This document shows positions 51,501-61,428 of a stretch of DNA of 64,000 nt, in pieces. Source of the stretch: Spirochaetota bacterium. GTDB lineage: Bacteria > Spirochaetota > Brachyspiria > Brachyspirales > JACRPF01. The stretch's first letter is position 1. Each line of letters starts with the position of its first letter. Location of the stretch: NCBI GenBank assembly GCA_038043445.1, contig JBBTBY010000043.1, positions 279 to 64,278 on the forward strand, given 5' to 3'. Below the pieces are notes generated by a model. It did no database searches. It saw only the letters and a list, made by a program, of their open reading frames with translations, and was not told the DNA's origin. The translations under genes were made by a program, and so were the position numbers.

Positions 51501-54500
51501 ATGAAACGCATCCTTTTTACAGCGATGTTCTCCATCGCAGCGTACGGCGATGCACTGCATTTTCCCTTCAATGAAAAGAGCGGTGAAAGCGCGAAGGATG
51601 CAGGCGGCATCACCGCATCGGTACCTGATGCATGGGAGACCGGCGCGTTCGGCGGCGCGGTGCGTCTCTCCGGCGAGAGCGCCGATGTGGTCCGCATAGC
51701 CGTCCCCCGTGAAAAACAGATAGGCACCGGCAGCATGACCATAGCATGCTGGATATATCCCGACACGTTCGCCATCGAAGCGAAGGATAAACGGCGGCGC
51801 ATCTTTAATATCATCGATGAGTGGCCGAACCAGTACATGGTCGTCGAGGTGAAGGATAATGGTTCGCTCGGCATGTCGTTCGGGTCGAGATTGGCCGACG
51901 GGAAATATTCCTCGGGCGGCGTGAGCGCGAAACTTCCGATAAAGACCGGCACGTGGACGCATATCGCATTTGCGCTCGACCGCGAGGCGAAACGTCTGCG
52001 TGTGTATATCAACGGTGCGCTCGACAATGAAGGAGCGCTCGCGGATACGTTCACCGGCGATTTCAGGAGCGATAAGCCCGTTACCATCGGCTCCTCCTGG
52101 CAGGGTTTCATCGGCGTTGTCGATGAGTTCCGGTATTTTCAAAGCGCTGTCGATGCTGGTGCGCTGAGAACGATATACGATTCGGAGAAAGCGAATTACA
52201 CGGGCGTGCTCATAGTAAAAGCCCCGGCAAAGAATGTCCCGACCGTGCTTCCCGCCGAACGCTCGGGACCGCCGCTCATCTTCTACGTATCGCCGTCAGG
52301 CGCGGATGATGCAGGCGGAACGGCGCCCGACAGCGACGGAAAGAACGGCCCGTTCAGGACGCTCGCAAAAGCGGCAGCCATGCTCAAGGCGGGCGATGTG
52401 CTCATGCTCCGCGAAGGCGTGTACCGCGAAACGCTCGAGATACTCCGTTCCGGCAGACCGGGCGAGATCATTGCAGTGAGCAATTACAATGGAGAGAAGG
52501 CCGTCATAAGCGGCGCAGATATCATCAAGGGATTCGAACGTGATGACGGGAACATCCATGCTGTGTCCGTGGACCTTCCGCTCGACGATCAGAACCAGAT
52601 CTTCGCCGGCGGCGAGATGATGATAGAAGCACGCTGGCCCAACACAACAAACACCTTCCTTCACCCGGTGCGTGCGCATATGGCGTCGGGAAGCGTATCG
52701 AACCGCATCGTTGACCCTGACATCCCGGGAGGCGATGATGCGTGGAAGGGTGCGCGCATCTGGTGTGCGGGCGGTGCGGCATGGTATTTTTGGAACGAGA
52801 CGGTCAATGGATACGATGCGTCGCAGCATGCGATATCGTTCAATGCGATAAAAGGCCACAACGATTTCTACTGGCCGCGCAAGGGCAATGAATATGTGCT
52901 CATGGGCGTCCGCTCCGCGCTCGACAGCCGCGGCGAATGGTTCTATGACAGAAAAGCGAAGCGTCTCTTCTTCTGGCCGATGCATGATAACGACCCGTCA
53001 TCGATCATTATCGAGGCGAAAAAGCGTATACTCGCGGTGCGCGTTAACGCATCGTTCGTGCGTATCGAAGGTATAGCGGTGCATGCGGGCGGTATGCTGA
53101 TAACCGAGGCGTCATCGAATGTCGTGCTCAAACGGCTTACGGGTACGTTCCTCGGCCACTCGTATGACCGCGATGTGAGCGGCACGGGCGCCGTGGTGAT
53201 GCGCGGAAGCAACATCGCCCTTGTCGATTCGGAATTCTCGCTCGCATCGGGGAGCCTTGTCTCCGTGTACGGCATCGACAATAAGGTCATCAACTGCTTT
53301 ATCCACGACGGTAATTATGCCGGCAAATGGGGCGGCGCGGTCACGCTCGCAGGAAGGCGCGTCATCTTCGCGCACAACACGGTATGCGATGCGGGACGAG
53401 ACATCATCTCCGTGGGCGGTCTCACCGAATCCATCGTCGAGCACAACGACCTCTACCGCGCGGGGTGGCTCACACACGATCTCGGTATGACCTACGGGCA
53501 CACGACGGATTTTCAGAACACCGTGTTCCGCTATAATCTTGTCCATGACAACATGGCGGCCAAGACCGCGATGGGCATCTATTTCGATCACGTGACGATG
53601 AACGTCATTGTGCATAACAACGCCGTGTGGAACGTGGGGCTCGACCCCCTGCGTATCAATAATCCGAGCTATAACTGTCTCGTTTTCAACAATACCGCGT
53701 ATAAAGCGGGCGATGTCGGCACGTTCGATCACAGTAAACGCAATGACCTCTACGGCTGCCGCTACTACAATAATATCGTCCCGAAGGACATGAAACTCCC
53801 GAAGCATGTGTTCACTGCAGGGAATATCAGTACCGCGGAAAGCGATGTGAAATTCCGCGATGCCGAGGGCGGCGATCTTACGCTCATGGACGGCTCACCC
53901 GCGTTCGGCAAAGCATTCCGCGATGCCGGTCTGGGGAGCGATGTCGGTGCATTTTCTGCCGGTACTGCGTGGCATGCCGGGCATGACTTCTCGAAAAGCG
54001 CTCCTCGCCTGTCCTATGAAGCTCCCGATGTACCCTACATGAATCTCGTGAAGAATTCCTGTTTCGAATACGGGCTTGAGCAGTGGACGAAGATCGGCGA
54101 CGGCGTGAAGACATCACTTGGCAACGGCTGGGGCAATGGATACGGCAGGGGCGCCCCGGAGCCGACGGGGACATGCCGCGGGGAACTTGAGCTATCCGGA
54201 CTAAGCGGCGTCGAGCAGACGGTGCGCGGCCTTTTTCCCGATACGGAATATACGCTGTACGGCTGGATGAAAGCATCCCCCGGCGAGACGGGCACGGTGA
54301 GCGTACGCGATCACGGCGGACAGACGGCGTCATCATCGGTGCAGGCGACGAATTGGACGCGTGTGTTCGTCGAATTCAGGACCGGCGCGGCGACAACAGC
54401 GGTCATTGCAATAAAGAAGACATCGTCGGGCAGCGGCTTCGTCCGTGCCGATACGTTCGGGCTGCCGAAAAAGCCCAAGGGGAGCTCGTGGGAACGCCCG

Positions 54501-55130
54501 CCCCTCGATATGTCGCTCGGCGGTGCGGCAAAGGCCGCTCCGATACCACCCCCGTTCATCGCAGCGCGCGTGAAAATAGAACCCGTCATCGACGGCACTA
54601 TCCGTGCGGGTGAATGGCCGGAGAATGCCGTACGCATTGAGCAGAACCCGAACCGTGAATTCCTCGGCACAGCACCGGCATCGGCGCGCATCTGTCATGA
54701 CGGGGAAACGCTCTTTATCGCCGTGACGGTGCCGGTCAAAGTCGATGTGAAACGGGGAAGCACGTGGGGAAAGGACGACGGCGCGGAGATATGCTTCATC
54801 GATGCGAAGGGTGCAGCACCCACGGCTAGCTTCGTGGTGCACGGCTTTGCCGGCGGCGGAAGCGAAAGCCTTGCGAGCGGCGGCGTATCCGCTGACGCGG
54901 CGAAGCGTCTCGGCGACAAGGTTCGCTATACTGCGCGTATCGAAGTGAACGCGTGGACGGGAGAATGGGCGATACCGTTCTCGCCGGCGGATATCGCGGC
55001 GAACGGCGGGCTTAAGCTCGCGTTCAATATATGCGTGCATCGGACGGAGACACGAGAATGGATGCTCTGGGTAGGATCGCTCGGGGCTGCGTATCAGCTT
55101 GAGAACGGCGGAACGATAATCCTCGAATAG
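51501..55130 (+). CDS. secreted LamG + right-handed parallel beta-helix + CBM4/9-like + C-terminal CBM9-like domain protein (paralog 1)
   Basis: 1209 aa counted from MKRILFTAMFSIAAYG (AGGA RBS). The track ORF is over-extended by 197 codons. LamG motifs are MTIACWIYPD, WTHIAFALD and VDEFRYFQ. The beta-helix cap is YVSPSGADDAGG...NGPFRTLAKAAAML, followed by GEWFYDRKAKRLFFWP and repeated NN/DxG turns. The C-terminus is IDGTIRAGEW...WGKDDGAEICF...ENGGTIILE. Confidence 0.8.
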   Translation: MKRILFTAMFSIAAYGDALHFPFNEKSGESAKDAGGITASVPDAWETGAFGGAVRLSGESADVVRIAVPREKQIGTGSMTIACWIYPDTFAIEAKDKRRRIFNIIDEWPNQYMVVEVKDNGSLGMSFGSRLADGKYSSGGVSAKLPIKTGTWTHIAFALDREAKRLRVYINGALDNEGALADTFTGDFRSDKPVTIGSSWQGFIGVVDEFRYFQSAVDAGALRTIYDSEKANYTGVLIVKAPAKNVPTVLPAERSGPPLIFYVSPSGADDAGGTAPDSDGKNGPFRTLAKAAAMLKAGDVLMLREGVYRETLEILRSGRPGEIIAVSNYNGEKAVISGADIIKGFERDDGNIHAVSVDLPLDDQNQIFAGGEMMIEARWPNTTNTFLHPVRAHMASGSVSNRIVDPDIPGGDDAWKGARIWCAGGAAWYFWNETVNGYDASQHAISFNAIKGHNDFYWPRKGNEYVLMGVRSALDSRGEWFYDRKAKRLFFWPMHDNDPSSIIIEAKKRILAVRVNASFVRIEGIAVHAGGMLITEASSNVVLKRLTGTFLGHSYDRDVSGTGAVVMRGSNIALVDSEFSLASGSLVSVYGIDNKVINCFIHDGNYAGKWGGAVTLAGRRVIFAHNTVCDAGRDIISVGGLTESIVEHNDLYRAGWLTHDLGMTYGHTTDFQNTVFRYNLVHDNMAAKTAMGIYFDHVTMNVIVHNNAVWNVGLDPLRINNPSYNCLVFNNTAYKAGDVGTFDHSKRNDLYGCRYYNNIVPKDMKLPKHVFTAGNISTAESDVKFRDAEGGDLTLMDGSPAFGKAFRDAGLGSDVGAFSAGTAWHAGHDFSKSAPRLSYEAPDVPYMNLVKNSCFEYGLEQWTKIGDGVKTSLGNGWGNGYGRGAPEPTGTCRGELELSGLSGVEQTVRGLFPDTEYTLYGWMKASPGETGTVSVRDHGGQTASSSVQATNWTRVFVEFRTGAATTAVIAIKKTSSGSGFVRADTFGLPKKPKGSSWERPPLDMSLGGAAKAAPIPPPFIAARVKIEPVIDGTIRAGEWPENAVRIEQNPNREFLGTAPASARICHDGETLFIAVTVPVKVDVKRGSTWGKDDGAEICFIDAKGAAPTASFVVHGFAGGGSESLASGGVSADAAKRLGDKVRYTARIEVNAWTGEWAIPFSPADIAANGGLKLAFNICVHRTETREWMLWVGSLGAAYQLENGGTIILE

Positions 55131-55160
55131 CTGCTTGCAGATGACAGCGGGAGTTCGATA

Positions 55161-58100
55161 ATGAAGAGATTGATAGCGCTCGTATGTGCGGCGATGGCGT
55201 TCGCCTCCGATGAGGGGCTTCTGCTCCATTGGAAATTTGACGAGGGAAAAGGTTCGGCGAAGGACAGCTCTCCGAACGGCCTCAACGGCACGATAGCGGG
55301 TAAATACGTCCGCGTCGGGAAAGGGTATGCGCTCTCGCTTTCCGGCGACTCGAAGAACGGCGTTCTCGTCGTCCCCCCGGCGGATAAACAATTCGGACGC
55401 AGCAGCATATCGTACGACCTCTGGGTACGGCCTGCCGCGTTCGCGAAACAGCGGCGTCTCATCGAGTTTGGCAAATGTTTCCCCGCGTACTATCTCACCT
55501 CCGATGTGAGCGAGACCGGCAGTTTCAGTTTCGGCGGCGCGGCGAAGAACGAGTCGGGCAAATACATCGGCGCAGGGGCAGGTGCAGAGACGAAGCTTAC
55601 TGTCGGCGCCTGGACGCATATCGCCGGCGTATTCGACCGCGAAAGCAAGGCGGTGAAGATATTTGTGAACGGAAAACTCGAAGGGAAGAGCGCGATACCT
55701 GATGCGTTCAACAATACCGATCTCTCCTGCGAGAAAGGCATCGGCGTGGGCCTCTGGCAGGCGTTCGACGGCGCCATTGATGAGATGCGTGTATTTCTCC
55801 GCACGCTCACGGATGAAGAGATAGTAGCGCGGTATGCCGAGACGAAAGGCGCGTACGAAAGCACGGGGGACGTCATGAAGCTGATAAAGGCATCATCGCA
55901 GTATTTCGTTTCGCCCGAAGGGAATGATGACTGGAGCGGCACTATCGCTTCCCCGTCAAAGGACGGTAAGGACGGCCCGTTCGCAACGCTTGACGGCGCA
56001 CGCGATACGATACGCGCCCTCAAGACAAAGGGGCAATTGCCCGCCGGGACCCTTACTGTCGATATCCGCCGCGGGACCTATGCCCGCACAGAATCGTTCA
56101 CACTGACCGCCGCAGATTCCGGTACGAAGGATGCGCCGATCGTATACCGCGCGGCAAAAGGCGATGATGTGCGTATCATCGGCGGCACAATGATAGCGCC
56201 GAAGGCGTTCACGCCGCTCACCGATGATGCCCTTCTTTCGCGGCTTGACGCATCAGCTCGCGGTCAGGTGCGTGTGCTCGATCTCAAGGCGAACGATGTC
56301 GACGATACGGGGCAATTTCTCACGCGCTTCATCGGTTTCCCGAGCGTGTCGGAGCTTTACTTCAATGACAAACGCATGACACTCGCCCGCTGGCCCAACA
56401 ATGCATGGACGACGATAAAACGCATCATCGATTCCGGCACGACGCCGCAAGGCCCCGAAAAAGACCGGCGCGGCGGTACGTTCACGTACGACGGCGATCG
56501 CCCGTCGCGATGGAACACGGAGAACGGCGTGTGGCTTCAGGGCTACTGGTGCTTCGACTGGGCAGATGAAGTGATAAAGGTCCGGTCTATCGATACGGAG
56601 AAAAGTGAGATAGCGCTCTCGCAGCCGCATAATTATACCATCAGGCAGGGTAATCCCTCGCCGCGGCGCTACTATGCGGTGAACGTATTCGAGGAACTCG
56701 ACAGCCCCGGTGAATATTACATCGACCGTACCGCCGGGAAGCTTTTCTTCTGGCCGCCGGAGATGAAGGATAATTCGCGCATCGTGATCTCCACGCTCAA
56801 TGAACCCATCGTTGCGTTCCGCGAGGCATCGCACGTGACGCTTCGCGGCGTTACCGTGGAAGCGGGCATCAGCGACGGTATATTTGTCACCGGCGGGAGC
56901 GGTGTACGCATCGAGGGATGCACGGTGCGCAATGTGCGCACTATCGGCATACGCATCGACGGGGGGACGTCCCACACGATATACACCTGCGATGTGCACG
57001 ATATCGGTTCGGGCGGCATCATACTGGGCGGGGGCGACCGTACGAATCTCATACCCGCGGGTCATGAGGCGGTGAATAATCATATCTGGGGTTTCGCGCG
57101 GCACAAGCTCTGCTATGCCAACGGCATCGGCTTCGCCGGCGTGGGCAATCGCGCGGCGAACAATATCATACACGATGCGCCGCATCAGGCCATCGGCGTT
57201 TCGGGCAACGATCATGTCTTTGAGAACAACATCATCTACGATGTGTGCATGGCGAGCGATGACGCGGGCGCGTTCTATAAAGGACGCAATCCGTCCTGCC
57301 GCAACAATATGATACGCAATAATTTCTGGCATCATATCGGAAGCCCCATGGGGCACGGCAACGCCGCCATTTACTTCGACGACGGCGACGGGGGCGACTT
57401 CGTCATCGGCAATATATTCCTCCGCTGCGGCGACCCGGGAAAGGGCTCCTTTGGCACCGTGTTCAATCATGGCGGGCACGATAATACCGCGGAGAACAAT
57501 ATCTTCATCGAATGCAAGCGGCCGCTCGGTTCCGCTCCGTGGAATGACAAGCGCTGGAAGGATTATGTGAATGCTGAGCTCTGGCAGACGCGGCTTACGA
57601 AGGATGTCGACATAAGGAAGCCCCCGTACACAACACGGTATCCGCTCCTTGAAGGCTTCATGGACCCCCAGCCCGGACAGATACGGAGCAATCATTCGTC
57701 GAAGAACGTGCTTGTCATGTGCGCCGATGTGAAGAGCGGCAACTGGGAATTCGACTCGAACGAGAACATCATCACCGAAAGTGATCCGGGATTCGTGAAC
57801 GCGGCGAAGGGGGATTTCCGGCTAAAGCCCGACTCCATCGTGTATAAGACGCTCCCCGATTTCAAGCCGATACCCTTCGAGAAAATAGGACCGTTCGCCG
57901 ATGCGCTCAGGCCCTCCGTGCCGAAGGCAGTGTGGAATTATCCGCCGCCCAAGCAGCTCCCGCCGCTCAAGTCGGCCGCGTCGACAGCGACGGTGAAAGA
58001 TGGACCCATGCCCGAGTTCACGGCGAAACGAACATCATCTTCCATAACGGCTGACGGAACTATCGATGCATCAGAATGGGGTGATGATGTCCTCGTGCTT

Positions 58101-58595
58101 GCACAGAACTACAACGGCGCTAAAGCGGATCGTCAGAGCCGCGCATGGATACGCTACGATGATACGCGCATCTACATAGCCGTCGAAAGCGATATTCAGC
58201 CGGGCACGAAGCTTGACGGCAATTCGTGGGGAAGGAACGATGCTGTCGAGATATCGCTCCGCGCTCTCCGCGGCAAGGACAGAACGCCCATAACCGTGTT
58301 CCGCGGTTTCGGCAACGGGTATCTCCAGTTCGGCGCAACTAAGAACGCAAGCGATGAGCCGGATTACACCGATCCGCACGGCGCCGTGTTCAAAGCGGCG
58401 CGCAAAGACGAACGTACCTGGTGCGCGGAGTTCTCGCTCCCGTTCGCCCTTTTCGATATCGATCCCGCAAAGGACGTGCGATGCGCTTTCAACATAACCG
58501 TGCGAAAGACCGCCGATGATCTCTGGCTCATGTGGGAAGGCACGCGCGGCAATTCGTTCAATGTCGACAATGCGGGAGTGCTGAATTTCAAATGA
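55161..58595 (+). CDS. secreted LamG + right-handed beta-helix + CBM9-like protein (paralog 2)
   Basis: 1144 aa with signal MKRLIALVCAAMAFAS. LamG motifs are WTHIAGVFD and IDEMRVFLRTLTDEEI. Further motifs are FVSPEGNDDWSG...DGPFATLDGARDTIRALK, ELDSPGEYYIDRTAGKLFFWPP and NNIIHDAPHQAIGVSGNDHVFENN. Confidence 0.8.
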   Translation: MKRLIALVCAAMAFASDEGLLLHWKFDEGKGSAKDSSPNGLNGTIAGKYVRVGKGYALSLSGDSKNGVLVVPPADKQFGRSSISYDLWVRPAAFAKQRRLIEFGKCFPAYYLTSDVSETGSFSFGGAAKNESGKYIGAGAGAETKLTVGAWTHIAGVFDRESKAVKIFVNGKLEGKSAIPDAFNNTDLSCEKGIGVGLWQAFDGAIDEMRVFLRTLTDEEIVARYAETKGAYESTGDVMKLIKASSQYFVSPEGNDDWSGTIASPSKDGKDGPFATLDGARDTIRALKTKGQLPAGTLTVDIRRGTYARTESFTLTAADSGTKDAPIVYRAAKGDDVRIIGGTMIAPKAFTPLTDDALLSRLDASARGQVRVLDLKANDVDDTGQFLTRFIGFPSVSELYFNDKRMTLARWPNNAWTTIKRIIDSGTTPQGPEKDRRGGTFTYDGDRPSRWNTENGVWLQGYWCFDWADEVIKVRSIDTEKSEIALSQPHNYTIRQGNPSPRRYYAVNVFEELDSPGEYYIDRTAGKLFFWPPEMKDNSRIVISTLNEPIVAFREASHVTLRGVTVEAGISDGIFVTGGSGVRIEGCTVRNVRTIGIRIDGGTSHTIYTCDVHDIGSGGIILGGGDRTNLIPAGHEAVNNHIWGFARHKLCYANGIGFAGVGNRAANNIIHDAPHQAIGVSGNDHVFENNIIYDVCMASDDAGAFYKGRNPSCRNNMIRNNFWHHIGSPMGHGNAAIYFDDGDGGDFVIGNIFLRCGDPGKGSFGTVFNHGGHDNTAENNIFIECKRPLGSAPWNDKRWKDYVNAELWQTRLTKDVDIRKPPYTTRYPLLEGFMDPQPGQIRSNHSSKNVLVMCADVKSGNWEFDSNENIITESDPGFVNAAKGDFRLKPDSIVYKTLPDFKPIPFEKIGPFADALRPSVPKAVWNYPPPKQLPPLKSAASTATVKDGPMPEFTAKRTSSSITADGTIDASEWGDDVLVLAQNYNGAKADRQSRAWIRYDDTRIYIAVESDIQPGTKLDGNSWGRNDAVEISLRALRGKDRTPITVFRGFGNGYLQFGATKNASDEPDYTDPHGAVFKAARKDERTWCAEFSLPFALFDIDPAKDVRCAFNITVRKTADDLWLMWEGTRGNSFNVDNAGVLNFK

Positions 58596-61402
58596 GGATA
58601 CCGCTTCTCTCCATCATTGCTATAGTCCATGCCGTATCGTTCGGTGCGGACGGCGTAAAACGCTCTGCGCTCGTTCCCATACCGAAACCGGGCATGGTCT
58701 TCTATGTGTCACCGGACGGTGATGATGCGTGGACGGGAAAAAGCCCGCGCAAAGGCGCCGACGGGCCGTTTTGCACACTTGAAAAAGCCCGTGATGCGGT
58801 ACGGTCGGCAAAGCGTGCCGGGCTTCCGACCGGCGGCATCGCTGTCGAGATAATGCCGGGCATGCATGAACGTGCAGGTACGTTCACACTTACCGCTGAA
58901 GACTCGGGCGAACCGTCATCGCCCATCGTCTACCGCGGTGCGGATATGCCCGTGATCGTCGGCGGGAAGCGCATACGCGATCTATCACCGTACAAGGGAA
59001 ATATCCTCAAGGCGGACGTGTCTTTTTTCGGCGATATCTATTTCCGGCAGCTTTTCTTTTCCGGCAAGCGCCAGCACCTTGCGCGCTATCCGAATTACGA
59101 CGCATCGAATCCCTACGGAGGCAGCTGGGCGTATGTCGCGGGGAGCATGGCGAGCTGGGATAAAAAGGAGAACAAGCGCTCGTTCGTCTGCCGCGAGGGC
59201 GATATGCGCCGCTGGAAAGACCTCACGGATGTCGAGGTGTTCATTTTCCCGGGGCCGAACTACCGCAACAATATCATCGGTATCGCATCCATCGATGCGG
59301 CGAAACGGACGATAACCCTTGCGCGCGATGCGGACTACGGCATTCGTCCTGTCGACCGCTACTATGTACGCAATATCTTCGAGGAGCTCGATCAACCCGG
59401 TGAATGGTATCTCGATAAGCGGACGAAAACGCTTTATTTCTGGCCGCCCTCCGATCTCGCGGACGGTGTCGTCTATGCGCCTACTATTGAAAAGATGATC
59501 GTGGTTTCGAATGCGTCGCATATCGTGTTCACGGGGCTGACGCTCGAATGCGCCGATGATGCGGCAGTGACCTTCATCGACTGCACGGATTCGCTTGTAG
59601 CAGGATCGGTGATACGCAATGTCGTCGGGAAAACGAGCGGCCTCGGCGCGGCGGTCGTTATCGGCGGAAGCAATGTCGGTATCGTCGGCTGCGACATCTA
59701 CGATATCGGCACAACCGCGGTGCATCTGGCAGGGGGCGAGCGCATGTCGCTCACACCGGCGGCTCATTACGCGGAGAACAATTACATCCACCATGTCGGC
59801 ACGGTGTACACGCGCGGCGTGGGACTCAACATCGACGGCGTGGGGCAGCGGGCAGCGCACAATCTCATACACGACTGCCCGCGCTTCGCGCTCATATTCT
59901 ACGGCAACGATCACATCATCGAGTACAACCGGCTCCGTCATATGAACATACAGACCGAGGATACCGGCGCCACCTACTGCTGGGGGCGCGATTTCCTCAC
60001 CGCACGCGGGAGCGTCATTCGCTATAATCACATCAGCGATTCGCTCGGCTACGGAAAGAAGATCGACACCTGGATATCGCCGTACTATGCGTGGGGCATC
60101 TATCTCGATGACGACTGCGCGGGCGTGGACGTCATCGGGAATATCGTCGCGAACGCCAACCGCGCCGGCATACACTTCCACAACGCGCGCGATATCATCG
60201 CGATGAACAACATCTTCATCAACAATGGCGCTCATGACCTTGAGATGAACGGATGGAATGCGACGCATAAATTCTTCATCAGCAGAACGAACGATTTCGA
60301 CAAGGCATGGCGCACCTACGCGCATCTTCCGGCATGGCAAAAATACCGCGGTTTGGGGAAGGCGCATCCGATAGAGGCCGGTTTCATGGTTGACAATATC
60401 ATCGTGAACAATATCTTCTATGCAACGAACGAGAAGGCGAACGTGTATTCGTTCAGGAATTTCGCCTTTGACCGCACGACTATCGATTCGAACATCATCT
60501 TTCACACATCCGGCATACACACGATACAGGGGATAAAGGCCGACCCCGATAAGCAATGGCAGGAATGGCAGCGCCTGGGCTTCGATAACAATTCAGCCGT
60601 TGCCGATCCGCTTTTTGTCGACGCGGCGAACGGCAATTACCGTCTGAAACCGGATTCGCCGGCATTCGCGCTCGGATTCAAGCAGATACCCGTCGAGCAT
60701 ATCGGCCCCTACCAGGATGCCCTGCGCGTGCACTGGCCTATCGTCGAAGCGGAAGGCGTGCGCGAGCATCCTATCGGGGAGATCGATGCGCCGGCTGCGG
60801 GATCATCATCCGATACGCAGCGTGCAACAGCGCCAAAAGCGAAGGCCGTTATTGACGGTACGGCATCACCGTCGGAATATCCGCGACTGCCGCTCATGAT
60901 GAGCCAAAGCCCCATGCGCAAAAAGCTCGATACGCCGCCCTGTGAGGCGCGGATATCGCATGACACGAAAGAACTTTTCATCGCTGTCACCGTACCGGTG
61001 AGCGCTGCGGCAGCGGTCGCGAGCGGCGATTCCTGGGGGAAGGACGATGGTGTAGAGCTCTGCTTCGCCGTGATAACCGAAGGCACGCTCATGGGCGAGG
61101 TCTTCGTGCTCCATGGGTTCACCGGCGGGTCATACGCGAGCGTCACCGACGGCGGTGCATCAGCGAAGAACGCAGCGGCCCTCCGCGATGCGGTGAAGTA
61201 CAGCGCCGTCATCGGCGAGCGGTCGTGGACGGCGGAATTCGCCGTGCCGCTGGCGGTACTCGGCATCAATTATGTACCTGGGGCGCGCATCGCGTTCAAT
61301 GCCGGTGTGCGGCGTGCTGAGAACAAGGAATGGGTGGTCTGGGTGGGCGCCATGGGCGCGACACATAAGCTCGACAATGGCGGTATTCTCGTACTCGAAT
61401 AA
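58592..61402 (+). CDS. secreted right-handed beta-helix + CBM9-like protein, no LamG domain (paralog 3)
   Basis: 936 aa counted from MRIPLLSIIAIVHAVSFGA. ATG 58592 overlaps the paralog 2 stop (ATGA). Motifs are YVSPDGDDAWTG...DGPFCTLEKARDAVRSAK, ELDQPGEWYLDKRTKTLYFWPP and HNLIHDCPRFALIFYGNDHIIEYN. The C-terminus resembles paralog 1 (WGKDDGVELCF...DNGGILVLE). Confidence 0.8.
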   Translation: MRIPLLSIIAIVHAVSFGADGVKRSALVPIPKPGMVFYVSPDGDDAWTGKSPRKGADGPFCTLEKARDAVRSAKRAGLPTGGIAVEIMPGMHERAGTFTLTAEDSGEPSSPIVYRGADMPVIVGGKRIRDLSPYKGNILKADVSFFGDIYFRQLFFSGKRQHLARYPNYDASNPYGGSWAYVAGSMASWDKKENKRSFVCREGDMRRWKDLTDVEVFIFPGPNYRNNIIGIASIDAAKRTITLARDADYGIRPVDRYYVRNIFEELDQPGEWYLDKRTKTLYFWPPSDLADGVVYAPTIEKMIVVSNASHIVFTGLTLECADDAAVTFIDCTDSLVAGSVIRNVVGKTSGLGAAVVIGGSNVGIVGCDIYDIGTTAVHLAGGERMSLTPAAHYAENNYIHHVGTVYTRGVGLNIDGVGQRAAHNLIHDCPRFALIFYGNDHIIEYNRLRHMNIQTEDTGATYCWGRDFLTARGSVIRYNHISDSLGYGKKIDTWISPYYAWGIYLDDDCAGVDVIGNIVANANRAGIHFHNARDIIAMNNIFINNGAHDLEMNGWNATHKFFISRTNDFDKAWRTYAHLPAWQKYRGLGKAHPIEAGFMVDNIIVNNIFYATNEKANVYSFRNFAFDRTTIDSNIIFHTSGIHTIQGIKADPDKQWQEWQRLGFDNNSAVADPLFVDAANGNYRLKPDSPAFALGFKQIPVEHIGPYQDALRVHWPIVEAEGVREHPIGEIDAPAAGSSSDTQRATAPKAKAVIDGTASPSEYPRLPLMMSQSPMRKKLDTPPCEARISHDTKELFIAVTVPVSAAAAVASGDSWGKDDGVELCFAVITEGTLMGEVFVLHGFTGGSYASVTDGGASAKNAAALRDAVKYSAVIGERSWTAEFAVPLAVLGINYVPGARIAFNAGVRRAENKEWVVWVGAMGATHKLDNGGILVLE

Positions 61403-61428
61403 GAACCCTTCTTTTCAAGGAGCACGAT

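Noticed and set aside
50910-55130. 1406-aa reading of the first beta-helix paralog. The same issue affects the 665-aa ORF at 41126-43123 and the 474-aa ORF at 41675-43099.
   Set aside because: The N-terminal extensions are antisense to the AraC, URO-D and PocR genes. Internal starts with an RBS or promoter and, for the beta-helix paralog, a signal peptide (ATG 51501; ATG 42154; ATG 42266) give proteins of normal architecture.
56253-57695. 480-aa minus-strand ORF. Similar long minus or plus ORFs occur at 58985-60556 (523 aa), 54333-55619 (428 aa), 25857-26828, 23271-24215, 35583-36548, 53112-53807 and 52296-52985.
   Set aside because: All are antisense to genes with strong domain signatures (beta-helix paralogs, LamG-GH, URO-D, avtA). 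One even spans the junction between two genes. They have shadow-type composition, no RBS and no promoter.
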